A stretch of 64,000 nt of DNA from Eledone cirrhosa (taxonomy: Eukaryota): positions 75,268,001 through 75,332,000 of the forward strand of contig OZ024745.1 in the NCBI GenBank assembly GCA_964016885.1, given 5' to 3'. Under the pieces are notes generated by a model. The model ran no database searches. It saw only the letters and a list, made by a program, of their open reading frames with translations, and was not told the origin of the DNA. Made by a program: the position numbers and the translations under genes. Numbering within the stretch: position 1 is the stretch's first letter; each line of letters begins with the position of its first letter. Below, in pieces: positions 42,911-56,992 of the stretch.

Positions 42911-43846
42911 TATATATATATGATCTTTCATCCTTTCTTTCATTTAATTTACATCGGCAATGTTCTGAAGACAATTTAGGCTAAGAGATATTACATTTTC
43001 TGATTGTCTAACTAATTTCTATACATCAGCAGATATTTATACACAGCCATTTTCTCACACTATCAAAGTTTCATTTCTTTCTTATTTGTAGACAATATAC
43101 TAAGATATATGCAATTCGTATAGACAACAGATTATTGTATGAACCATACTTCATAATGGAATATATTTGGTAAATACTAAGAATATATCAATCTTTTAGT
43201 CTCTGTCCTCTGTCTGTCTATCTGTCGGTCCCTGTCTTTTTTTTTTATTTCTGTCTCTCTTTGTATGTATGTATGTATGTATGTATGTATGTATGTATGT
43301 ATGTATGTATGTATGTATGTATGTATGTATGTATGTATGTATGTATGTATGTATGTATGTATTCACTCGTTCAGCGCATCGGTAGGGGTTCTCCTACATG
43401 GATATAAAGTAGTGGCCGTACTCGAAAACGAGTAGGCAGCCACCATGTATGTATGTATGTCTGTATGTATGTATGTATGTATGTATGTATGTATGTATGT
43501 ATGTATGTATGCTTGTATGTATGGATGGATTGATGTAGTTATGTATGTCTGTATGTATGAATGTATGTATGTCTGTATGTATGAATGTATGTATGTGTGT
43601 ATGTATGTATGTATGGATGGATGGATGTAGTTATGTATGTCTGCATGTATGAATGTATGTATGTCTGTATGTATGAATGTATGTATGTATGTATGTATGT
43701 ATGTGTGTATGTATGTATGTACGTATATGTTTATCTATCTATTTAACTATAAATATCTACATCTCTCTCTCTTCTATATCAAGCGTTAACCTAATATATA
43801 CCTTCCATATACTGTACCGATTGTGTTGTTATTTCTGTTCACCTTT

Positions 43847-43888
<42 letters not shown>

Positions 43889-44130
43889 TATATTTATGTA
43901 AAATCCTGACCGCGGCACCAAGTGGTTTCGGATTGTGTGTCAAAGCCGAAACCACTAGGCGCCGCGTTCGCTATTTTACATATCTCTCTATCCATTCTGC
44001 ATCTCCGCATGCATTGTGTACCAACATGATTTGTGGTCTCCCGGTCTCAGCACCACAGATCCCCTCCTCTTCTTTCTCTCTCTCACTCTCTCTCTATCTC
44101 TATCCCTCTTTATATATATATATATATATA

Positions 44131-44364
44131 TGACGAAGGAAATGTGGTAAGGAACCAGGTGGACCATAACGCACCAAAGTACTCAATACTTAGGGTAGTA
44201 GAGTGGGTAATAGGAACGAGTAAGACCCCGACGGCTGAGCTCAAGCCGTTTCGACGGCTAATTCTGGACTCTATCGTGCAAGTAATTCGTAATTCGTAAT
44301 TCGTAATTCGTCCAGAATTAGCCGTCGAAACGGCTTGAGCTCAGCCGTCGGGGTTTTACTCGTT

Positions 44365-44368
<4 letters not shown>
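44131..44368. mobile_element. (TA)n-inserted pLTR-like element with inverted partial copy (family also at 32238-32365, 32400-32440, 22371-22427, 55254-55446)
   Basis: Shared body GGTGGACCATAACGCACCAAAGTACTCAATAC...GACCCCGACGGCTGAGCTCAAGCCGTTTCGACGGCT. Fold-back arms; copies adjoin (TA)n. Confidence 0.75.
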
Positions 44369-44434
<66 letters not shown>

Positions 44435-45381
44435 ACGTAGTACTAGGTTCAATTCGCCGCGCGTCACGAAAGGCAGGTATCTTCTACTTTAGTCTCATGT
44501 TGACTACACTGTCACCCACTTTGTAGATTGTCTCTCTGTTGCTCACTGGCCACTGGTTTCTCTTCTCTGAGGCATTTTTGCTCATCACTGTCTTTGACAG
44601 CATTTAGCTGTTTCAACGGCCGTTCTAGCGATCAGTTTTTTCATTTTTATATGTATTCAAATACACTTTCGCTTCGTCTCAATCAGAGATAACATTCTTT
44701 TTTTCATATGAGAATTACATTAAGGATGCACTTGTTTGCAGAATGCTCAGTCACTTGCACGTAAATTTTACGAGCATGCTCTTCTCTTAATCGAAAAACT
44801 AGAACATTCAACCAATGCAGGTCCATTCTATGAATCCTAGATAGTTGTTTCAGCTTTTGAATTCACATCTAACATATAACATATAGTTATAAGTTCGGTA
44901 TGACTTTTATATTTAATGTCTATATATCAATGTCGATGGCCTCGATATGTAGGAAAAGAAAGATTTTTAATCGATCTCGAGAATATAGATAGATGAATGG
45001 ATAGATAGACAGACAGATCGACATATAGATAGATAGACAGACAGATAGACAGATAGATTGATAGATAGATAGACAGATAGATAGAGAGAGAGCTAGCTAA
45101 CTAGATAAACAGATAGACAGATATGCCGTTAGATAGACAGACAGTTAGTTAGTTAGTTAGATAGATAGATAGATAGACAGCCAGACATTCAGAGCTGGGA
45201 GAGACGTACTAAATATGATTTGTTTTGATGACTAAGAAGCCACAGTCAAACTGTAATCATCTCGAATAGTAATAATGCATTAGTAATCAAAGTAGTCTTA
45301 GTTATATACTCATATAACACATGCTTACTTCATTGCACGCTTAAATACATGGATAGACCCATATACACACCCATACATATA

Positions 45382-45466
<85 letters not shown>

Positions 45467-45777
45467 ACACACATATACGCATATATATATATATATGTTA
45501 TCAGAAAATGTCTTAGAGGGAATGTAAAGAAAATTGTTGCTGTCTGATTCAACATGAAGTTTATTCCCGTGTTGATTTGAAGCTTGGTAAGAATTTCATT
45601 GATGAAAATGTAGATCCGGCAAACTTTTACCTGCCAAGCCAAACATATTTGTTTGAATTTCATTCCAGTGTTGGTTGGTCAACAAAACAATAGATTAGAT
45701 CTTTTTGCTGAGAAAGCAATCCCCACAGCAAAGTATAAATGAAATGAATAAAAAAAAAAGGCAAAGAAAATGGCGCA

Positions 45778-46460
<683 letters not shown>

Positions 46461-47693
46461 CACACACACACACATATATATACACACACACACACACACA
46501 CGCACGCGCGCGCACATACACACACACACACACGCACACACACACGCACACGCACACTCTCACACACACACACACACAAACATATATATAAATATATATA
46601 TATATACATGTTGGTGTGTGTGTACAATATATATATATATATATTATATACAAAGATGGGGAGAGATGATGTATTTGGAGAATAAGTAGAAGAGAAAGAC
46701 AAATATGTATAGTTTATTCATAAATTCACCAGAATATTTTAATTTACTAATATTTACCTATTCAATATTTCCTTCTATCTATATGATATATAACATAACA
46801 TAACCGACTTTAGCTTTTGCATTTCATAAATAAAATACACATTTCTTTTATAGAAGACTAGAACTATCTGTTTTTGACTAGCAATATAATTATTTACTGC
46901 AACTTAACGGTTTGTTTCCTTCAAAACCATGCCGTGTTTATTTATAAGTTGGAAAATACTGCTCGAATAATTAGGAGAAAGTAAGTAACAAAAAGCAAAT
47001 AAAGATAACTAAGCAAACTAAGATATTTATAAATAAAAAAAAAAGTAAAAAAAAAACAAAAGGAAAATAAATTTAACCAAAAATAAAACAAAATGTTTTA
47101 CTAGAAGTGGTTTATATAAAATTTATAAGTATATAGTAAAATTTTATTAGCATGAGTTATTCCTAATAGATATTGTGAGAATACTAATCATAGTTGATGG
47201 ACAGATGTTAGAATGAGCGACAAGGTGTAAGAGTGTAATGAAAGTTATTCCTAAAACTAAATGGTTAAGTGGAAAAAGCCGTCTAAAATATTGGCGTTGT
47301 TGTTTAGAAGTGTGATATACCGACATCTGTCAGATACGCTGGTGTGTTATTGTACGATACGATTGGTGAACGAGTCAGCCTGAAAAAAAAAAGACAATGA
47401 AATGTCCATGAAGTATTAATGCAGCTAAAATTGAAACTGCATACAAAATGAACCAACAGCCATAATAAATGACGTCTTCGCTCGTAACGATGTGCGGCCA
47501 TGTTAGATTGTTTAAGGGCGTGGGGAACGAACGCATGCAAGTTCATAGTTTATATGTCTGGCCGTCGTTCCAATAGTTGAATGCTTGTCTATGAATATCT
47601 CTTCCCTCCCCACCAAAGCATATTTAGAATCATTGGAAATGAACAATGTATATAGTGTGTATTTATGCACGTGTGTGTATGCATGCATGCATG

Positions 47694-47741
<48 letters not shown>

Positions 47742-47800
47742 CAATCATACACATATTTATGTATGAATATATGTATATATATATATAAATATATATATAA

Positions 47801-47847
<47 letters not shown>

Positions 47848-47986
47848 CACACATACATATATATATATGCATACACACATAAACACACACACACACACAC
47901 ATATATATACTTATATATGTATGTATATGTGTATATGTATACATTTTTAGGGACACCCTGTCTATAAACACACACACATACACACA

Positions 47987-48048
<62 letters not shown>

Positions 48049-48182
48049 TGTATGATCGCGTAACTCCTGAAGAAGTTGTAGGGGCGCCTTATTGACATAC
48101 AGCATTTCTAGGGCATTTTAAAACCTAGGAGAGCCCACCCCTCTCCAGGTCTCTCTCTCTCCCCCTCTCTCTCTCTCTCACC

Positions 48183-48215
<33 letters not shown>

Positions 48216-48689
48216 CCTATATATATATATATATATATATATATGATATATTTAGTTATTTATACTTTAACTGACAATATGCAGGATGAAGAGAATAAAC
48301 ATCAAATATGTTAATGAAATAATATATTTATTTTAAATTTATATTCATGAATCAATCAATAAGATTTCATAGTAAAGTCTGTCGAGACATGGACATCTCA
48401 TAAATTATCGTAAATACATTTCTGTTATATAATTGTAAGAGTTTTAATCATCAGAAAGTTGTCAGATTCACAAGAGTGCAATAAGAAGCAACAAACTTTA
48501 AATTGTGACAAACCACCCGATACACTATCAATTCTAAATAAAGTTTTATAGTCTTAAACCAGACATCTGTTAGTGTTACACCTTTATATATAAACAGTAA
48601 AACTGGTCGAAAGACAACCACAGCACTTTAATGACTGAAAGATTTTCAAGGAAGTCGAAGCGTTGTTATTAAATGACGTAATCATATGC

Positions 48690-49050
48690 CAGGACAGCCC
48701 ATCATCTCCATCTATGGAAAATGAATGACAGCCCAGCATGTGACTACTGGAGACCCAAACCAGACAGTACTGCATGTTTTTAGGGACTTCTCCCTCAGAC
48801 GTTTTCCGTACAACACATACCAGGACAGTCCATCATCTCCATCGATGGAAAATGAAAGACAGCCCAGCATGTGACTGTGGGGACCCTGACCAGACAGTGC
48901 TGCATGTTGTTCTGGATTGCACCCCACAGACGTTTTCCCGATGGCCCGGAGGAATCCATAATACTACAAATGACGCCTTAGTCTGGCTCACCAATCTTGA
49001 TTTGTTTCTCCAGCCATTGTGCATATGTCTCACGGCAGGAAGAAGAAGAA
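48690..49050 (+). mobile_element. 3' end of an Ingi/Vingi-like LINE with an internal ~130-bp duplication
   Basis: LHRWKMKDSPACDCGDPDQTVLHVVLDC...IH...ALVWLTNLDL (C-x-C-x8-H-x4-C knuckle) and a (GAA)n tail; duplicated units near 48690 and 48821. Confidence 0.7.
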
Positions 49051-49095
49051 TGACGAAATAATGATACTTGAAGAGGGTTAAAATAAGAAACTTAC

Positions 49096-49267
49096 CTGAA
49101 GAAGTCATCTTTACAAAATACTTCATCATTTTTTGAAAAACACTTGTCTGTAAGTTGTGCGCGGCAATCAGTACATTTCAAACATTTCGAATGCCATGAC
49201 CGGTCGAGTACTTTTAAAATAAATCTATCAAGAATCTGTTCACTGCAGCCTGCACATTTTGGGATTG
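49096..49267 (-). CDS. Lhx3: Lhx3/4 exon, LIM domain 1: [56 protein letters not shown](R)
   Basis: Manual translation gives the LIM zinc-finger pattern C-x2-C...H-x2-C-x2-C-x2-C...C-x2-D. Acceptor TTCTTCCCTTAG|, donor AG|GTAAGT; 172 nt, phase 1 to 2. Confidence 0.97.
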
Positions 49268-49297
49268 CTAAGGGAAGAAAAAATATAAGTAATTTAT

Positions 49298-49535
49298 AAT
49301 AATAATAATAATAATAATGGTTTCTTATTTAGGTACAAGGCCAACAATATTGGGAGAGGGGAAAGTCGAATAAATCGACCCAGTGCATTACTGGTACTTT
49401 ATTTTATCGTCGACCCCGTAAGAATGAAAGGCAAAGCTAAACTCGGCGGAATTTGAACTCAGAACGTAATGAGATGCAACCATACGTTGCAAAACACGGT
49501 GTCCGGCGCTCTACTGATACTGCCAATCTACCGCC
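49298..49535 (-). mobile_element. Family-A SINE (long variant) abutting the LIM1 acceptor
   Basis: (ATT)n tail ends about 30 nt upstream of the AG at 49269-49268. Confidence 0.88.
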
Positions 49536-49616
49536 ATATTGAAGAAATAATAATAAAGAAAAATATGGCAAAGCAAAAAAAGAAGAAAAATCAACAACAA
49601 CCACACCAACACTCAT

Positions 49617-49699
<83 letters not shown>

Positions 49700-50303
49700 T
49701 GCACTCTTTACAATACCAAACGCAATTATAAACTGAGGTTCCGCGAGATCTTAGGAAGTGGAAGTATGAAATGTTTTTAGCAATATATGGTGAAAAGGTA
49801 GGGATCAAAGTAATTAGTATAATGGGTATATAGGAATGCAGAGTGATTAGTTGCAGTAGTTTTGGTTAGGATGGAATCTAAATCTTCTGAGAAGACAAAT
49901 CCATTATCGTAATGATAGAAGCAACAAGAGGAAGCAATGACCTGATAAAGAAGAGAGAAGGCATAGACGTGAGTGCCAATCAAGCCGACGTTCTTTTTTC
50001 AAACACGCTCTAGAATATTGGTGACGAAATATTTGATATATTAAGAGAAAATTCATAATGTAATCGTGTTCTTTGGCAGGGAAACTTAGAAATATATGAG
50101 AAGAATAGCTGGAACGAATTAAGTGGAGAAATGTGATATACGTGTGCTTATGTGTAGCGTATGTTCAGAAAGTATATGAGAAAAATAGATGAATCAAATT
50201 GTGTGGAGAAATGTTATACACGTGTGGTTCTATATATCATATGTTAGGGAGGTTTAGTGTGAAAATCTGCAGAGTAGAATGTCGAGTCTGATCATTGAAT
50301 ATC

Positions 50304-50718
50304 CAGTGTTATGTAAATAATTGTTTCTACATTAGGCACAAGGCCAGAAATTTTAGGTAAAGGGAAAGTCGATTAAGTCGATCCCAGTACATTACTGGTG
50401 TTTCATTTATCGACCCCGTAAGGATGAAAGGCGAAGCTAACCTCGGCGAGATTTGAACCCAGAACGCAAAGGGCTATAACTCTATGCCGTAAAGTATAGT
50501 GTCTGACGCTCTACCGATACTGCCAATCTATCGCCCTCAGTGTTATGTAAATAATTGTTTCTACCTTTGGCACAAGGCCAGCAATTACCCAGTGCATCAC
50601 TGGTACTTTACTTTATCGACCCCATAAGGATGAAAGGCAAAGTTAACCTCGGCAGGACTTGAACTCAGAATGGCAAGGGCCGCAACTCTATGCGTCAAAG
50701 CATGTCGTCCGACCCCAT
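50304..50718 (-). mobile_element. Two family-A SINEs (long and short) with a duplicated target
   Basis: CAGTGTTATGTAAATAAT occurs at 50304 and 50538. Confidence 0.88.
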
Positions 50719-51045
50719 GATATCTAATATTTCTAATTTCAATGCTACAAATTTTCGGAGTGGGTAGGCTGTTGAATTAAGTTGAACTCAGTAGTACTAT
50801 GGCAGGTTCTTATTTTATTAACCGCGGAAAGATGAAAGACAATGACGATTTATGCAGAATTTGGCTTAGAAGGCGAAGGAGGTTAATAAGTACTATGATG
50901 AGGATGATGATGATGATGGTAATCTATATTATAATAATAGCGTTGTCTGTTTGTCAGTCCGTCAGTCATGCTCACTTTATATATATAGAGAGAGAGAGCG
51001 TCAAGCGAGAGATATGTACATAGAGAAAACGAACGTCATTTGTTT

Positions 51046-51076
<31 letters not shown>

Positions 51077-51078
51077 GA

Positions 51079-51152
<74 letters not shown>

Positions 51153-53172
51153 GTGTGTGTGTGACAGAAAGAGGGAGAAGACGACATTGTTCTCATCTAG
51201 AAATAATGGTTTCTGAGTTAGGCACAAGACCAACAATTTTGGGGAGAGGGAAGACGATTAAATCACCCCCAGTGCGTGACAATGGTACTTTATTTTTTCG
51301 ACCCAGTAAGGTTGAAAAGCAAAGTTAACCTCGGCGGGATTTGAACTCAGATCGTAAAGGGACCTAACTCTATGCTGCAAAGTATGGTGCCCGACGCTTT
51401 TCTAAAATAGGCACAAGGTCACAAGAATCTTTATTTAGAGAATATCAATTAGTATGTTCTGCTACTTCAAGCCATATAGTATTCAACACTTCAGAACTAC
51501 ACTCCGCCAAAGGAATATCTATAGCCCTGAACGTCAGTTTTTCCACCACTCACAGCAACCGAATTCGAATTCAAACTGACAATTAGCGCCGATGTAGCGT
51601 CTCATAGATTTCCTAGGATTGCGGAGGTCATCCATAATCAGTTATATCCCTCAAACAAAGTCGAACGATGATGAATGAATGTCGGAATGGGTAGATTAGT
51701 AGATTGTCAAATATGATCGCTTTGTAGCGAGTATTTAGTTCCTGAGTTCAAATACCAGACCTGTCAACTCTCTCCGTCCGACGGGGAGATCCCCCACCCA
51801 CTTTGGGGTGGGTATAACTTTCATTATGTACTTTTTTTCATGTGCGTTTGGCAGGTTTGAAATACCATCAAAGTAGACGTTGGCCTTCGTCTTTACAGCG
51901 CCTAAAAATAAAATCGGTTAAGTCGTCTACACTTCTTCCCCCGAAGCATGTGGCCCTGTGCCAAACTTCCAAACTAGGGTGGTGACTTGGTAGAACCGTT
52001 GGAACATCAGACAAAATGCCTTGCGGCATTTAGTTACAGTTTCAATTCACGTTGAGATCAACTTTGCGTTTCATCCTTCCAGCAGTGTTGATAAAATAAA
52101 GTAACAATCAAGTACTGAAGTCGATAGAATCGACTTTCCTCCCATGCCCCCAAATTCCTGGCCTTGTGCCTATGTTCGAAATTATTATTATTACTATTAA
52201 GCAATTCAGCAAATAGTACTCATTGATTAATCGTCATTATTATCATTTGAATGTCCTGTTGCTCTTAGTTTACATCTATCTGTACATTTTCTGGCAAATT
52301 ATCAACATTTTAATTTTATTCTTTAATAAGTTGGCTTTGTTCACTCTGTATATTCTTTGGTCTATATCCCAATTACTTTATTTGACATTTAACATTTTTA
52401 TACAACCTGGGAAGAAGGCACAAGGCCAATTTTTTTTAAAGCAAAATAGTTAGATTGTAGTCAATTGAGTCGACCCCAGTGTATTACTGAGACTAATTCA
52501 TATCTCGGAGTTAATCCCAGTTTCATTAGCATCACCGAAAATACAATACTTCCCTGGACGGGAGCCTTTTCCATTACTGTGTCATGCTGAGTATTACGTT
52601 AAGGGAACACTTGTTAGTGCTCAGCCACTTGCACGCTAATTTTACGAGTAGGCTGTTCTGTTTATCGAACAACGTATATTCCATGTCGAAACCAATTTAA
52701 ATATAGATTTATCTGAATAGAAATTAAAGATATTTGACTCAAAATAATGGGAATCTTTTTATAAAGTACATTTTTCTATTAATTTATAATGTTTTTGCCT
52801 TTGTTTGGAAATGAATTTGGATTTAAACTATTGGGACATCCGATTTATGATCGGAGTATTGATTTTATTATTAGAAAAAATATAATACAGATCATAAAAA
52901 TATCTGAAAATATATTTATCTTGACCTTTCGTGAATAAGAATTAACAATGGTGCATGCATTTGACTTATAAATTTAATTGCGTGTTTTGTAGCCGTAGTG
53001 GTTATATCTGGTTTATAACAATATGACAAAATAACGAGATATTAAAAATATCAAAATTGTATAACCACATAAATAGACGTTTAGGTTTTAATACTTAATT
53101 GTATAGAGATAGATGAGAGGAAAGCGACACACCAACGCATCAAATTTAATGTCCTTTATTTTTCTTTTATTA

Positions 53173-53444
53173 TTAACACTTTTGATACAAACTAACTGAA
53201 ACCGCTTTTGTTTCTCTGATACAAAACTGTTCTAAAGTGTTTATATTTATTTAAAACCTTCGATCATAATTTTATGTATGGACGTGTGTTATGTTATGCT
53301 CCAAACACCAATTTATTAATAAAAGAAAATGTTACTTCTATTACTAAATTCCTCCAAATTCTTGATTACTAAAAAAAAAAAAAAAATTAATTTGAAAATC
53401 GCAGTCTATATCTTTCATAAAAAATATCGAAACGAAAGGGTTAA
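53173..53444. mobile_element. piggyBac-like MITE
   Basis: TTAA-CACTTTTGATAC...AACGAAAGGG-TTAA; related ends near 36815-36828 and 36985-36998. Confidence 0.65.
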
Positions 53445-54288
53445 ATATATATTCAGAAGGCGAGAGATAATTAAATCAGTAGAGATTTATGATATTTAAG
53501 TAATTCTATTTACATTCTAATTTCTGATGAGAAAAAATACATTTTATAGCCTCCTGGTATCGATAATGTATGCCCCAGTCAAGCACTGGGAATCCTCTTA
53601 ATCGACTAAACTCCTCCTTCTATTTATGGCTTCATTCCAATATTAAGAGAGAAATCCATATTAAATATATTTTGATTAGTTTACTTTTTCTTTCAACTCG
53701 TCATATAAGAAAACACACACATACGATCTCTAGCTTTAGAGACAAAAAATAAAAATCCCAGATCTAACATTAAGAGAATAAAGAGGTTTGATACAAGGGA
53801 TGGTAGTCAGGCTGAAATCATTGAAATGGAAACATTGCCATCTTGCTGTGTGTGGACAGTCATGAAATGAATTCCTTTTTATATATATTTTTTGTCATCA
53901 ATGCGTACATTTATATTTTTTAGATTTAAGATAGACATCCTTTAGCAAGAAAGCCATATATCCATGGTGAAAGAACATTTAAGAAACCTTATTGGTGGAT
54001 TTTTGGAAAATGAAATGAGAATGCAGTTTAGCTTGAATAATATGAGAAGAATATCTTAAATTCTTACAGTGAATAGCGAACCAGGGTAGATATTTATCGC
54101 TATTATATTTCAAATCTCATGGTCTAGATTTCAAATCTTAGCCGATTCCAGCTTTCCATTAATATTTATTCACTAATAGTATTCTGTGGGTGCGAATTAC
54201 CAGAAATGTATACAAGCATGCATGCATACATACATACATAGATACATAGATACATACATAAGTATGAATCTCTCTCTCTTTCTCTCTA

Positions 54289-54369
<81 letters not shown>

Positions 54370-54376
<7 letters not shown>

Positions 54377-54673
54377 AAAAAAAAGATGAAATCGAAAATG
54401 CAACCTGAGTCTTATTTAAAAAAAAATATATATATTTATTTGGTTCCTTTACCGGTTTCGCAGTTCTTCTGCTTTACAAAAGTAGAGTTGAGATAGTGGT
54501 TTTTCTCACATCTTTCTCACATCGATGTGAGAAAAACCACAGACCCTCCATCTCAACTCTACTTTTGAAAAGCAGAAGAACTGCGAAACCGGTAAAGGAA
54601 CCAAATAAATATATATATATTTTTAAAAATAAGACTCAGGTTGCATTTTCGATTTCGTCTTTTTTTCTTTATA
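54370..54673. repeat. Near-perfect ~300-bp palindrome between (TA)n and (CT)n tracts
   Basis: The left arm AAAGAAAAAAAAGATGAAATCGAAAATGCAACCTGAGTC... is the reverse complement of ...GACTCAGGTTGCATTTTCGATTTCGTCTTTTTTTCTTT; centre ACATCGATGT near 54524. Confidence 0.95.
54561..54600 (+). ncRNA. Minimal hammerhead motif with U3-A8 variant core, in the right arm of a ~300-bp palindrome
   Basis: CTT-TTGAAAA-GCAG aagaa CTGC-GAAA-CCGGT-A-AAG: 4-bp helix II, palindromic helix III ACCGGT, GUA triplet, 3-bp helix I. Confidence 0.55.
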
Positions 54674-54724
54674 CTTTCACTCGTGTAGGACACCGGTTAT
54701 TTTTCATTCTGTAAAAAAACCTCA

Positions 54725-54850
<126 letters not shown>

Positions 54851-55166
54851 AAATATAGTCACCTAACTTCAAATAAGTATAAAAATAGTCGATAACTATG
54901 AAGAATAGTTGATTAATTGGGTAAAATACTTCTCGACAAAAATTGACAAGGATGCATACCGCGAAACGAACCACACACCTCTTCTATATCAGGCGAACAT
55001 ATTTAATCAGGCAACTCGGTCCACTTCTTTCGTCTTCTTCACTCGATTTATTCAACAATCATTTATAGCTTTCAACTATTATCAAAATTATTCTCCATTT
55101 TGATTACTATATTTCTAAATTTCAAAATCAACCAATATATACTGTGCTTAACTCCGATTTCACTCG

Positions 55167-55253
<87 letters not shown>

Positions 55254-55257
<4 letters not shown>

Positions 55258-55441
55258 AAAATGTATGACCCCCACGGCAGAGCTCAAGCCGTTTCAACGG
55301 CTATTTCTGGACTAGAAATAGCCGTCGAAACGGCTTGAGCCCTGCCGTCCGGGTCATATATTTTCCTATTATCCACTCTACTACCCTAAGTATTGAGTAC
55401 TCTGGTGCGTTATGGTCCAGGTGGTATTTTACCACACCCTT

Positions 55442-55446
<5 letters not shown>
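55254..55446. mobile_element. Second fold-back copy of the same pLTR-like family
   Basis: Palindrome centred near 55311, then ...CCACTCTACTACCCTAAGTATTGAGTAC...; (TA)n on both sides. Confidence 0.75.
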
Positions 55447-55514
<68 letters not shown>

Positions 55515-55752
55515 AAGAAAGAGAGAAAGAAAAAAGAGATAGGTAGATAGATACAGCGGAAAAGAAGAAACAACGAAACATGTGAATGAAGCATTGAAAA
55601 TGATGAGAAAAATAGTGAGTGGAGGTCGAATATGAATAACTGAATAACTGAATAACAACATGATAAACAAAAGTAAAAGGGACCAAAGTTTGAAGCAAAA
55701 GCATTTAAATTCAAAAACCGTAGTCAACACATGTTCAAAGATTCGTCTAGTG

Positions 55753-55871
<119 letters not shown>

Positions 55872-55942
55872 TATACATACACACATGCACACACACATGT
55901 AGAACTATGTATGTATGTAAATGTGTGTATTGTAGGGCGAGG

Positions 55943-55980
<38 letters not shown>

Positions 55981-56311
55981 GAGGATGAGTAAGGGAGAAA
56001 GAAAGAAAAAGAGAAAGAGAGGGAGAGAGAGAGAGAAAGATATATATATATATATATATACAGAGAGAGAGAGAGAGCATTGAAACAAAAAAGATTTCTT
56101 TATACGAAAACCTAGCAAATGCCTCTTCTGCGAGATATTTGAAGTAATCGAATAAAGTAGTCAAGTTTATTAATAAATATAATGTCTGATTTGATATACA
56201 ATTATACATATAACATATAAGTAACTCCCCCCTCTCTTCCCCCTCTCTCTCCCCCTCTCTCTCTATATATATGTGTGTGTGTGTATGAATGCATGCACAC
56301 ACACACACACA

Positions 56312-56361
<50 letters not shown>

Positions 56362-56374
56362 AATATATATATAT

Positions 56375-56466
56375 ATACAATATATTAACAAATGGAAACT
56401 ATATTTATAAAACCATATTTATTTCATTATACATATATATAGTTTCCATTTGTTAATATATTGTAT
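56375..56466. repeat. Perfect 30-bp inverted repeat with 32-nt loop
   Basis: ATACAATATATTAACAAATGGAAACTATAT / ATATAGTTTCCATTTGTTAATATATTGTAT. Confidence 0.9.
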
Positions 56467-56548
56467 TTACTCCAATAATTTGTTGAGTGCGTTATATCAG
56501 TTATAAAAATATTTGCTTGTTGTATCCCAACAAATTAAATATAACTTC

Positions 56549-56599
<51 letters not shown>

Positions 56600-56685
56600 A
56601 GTATCCATGTATCCATCCAAGCATGTATATAACCAACCGCCAATCCATCCATCTTATTTATCCCGAAAGAGCTAGGTGAGTTGAG

Positions 56686-56837
<152 letters not shown>

Positions 56838-56850
56838 TTATATATTTATA

Positions 56851-56903
<53 letters not shown>

Positions 56904-56924
56904 ATATATATATAAATATTTATA

Positions 56925-56992
<68 letters not shown>

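Noticed and set aside
53520-53540. CTGATGAGAAAA as a hammerhead core
   Set aside because: No helix II between CUGAUGA and GAAA; a chance match.
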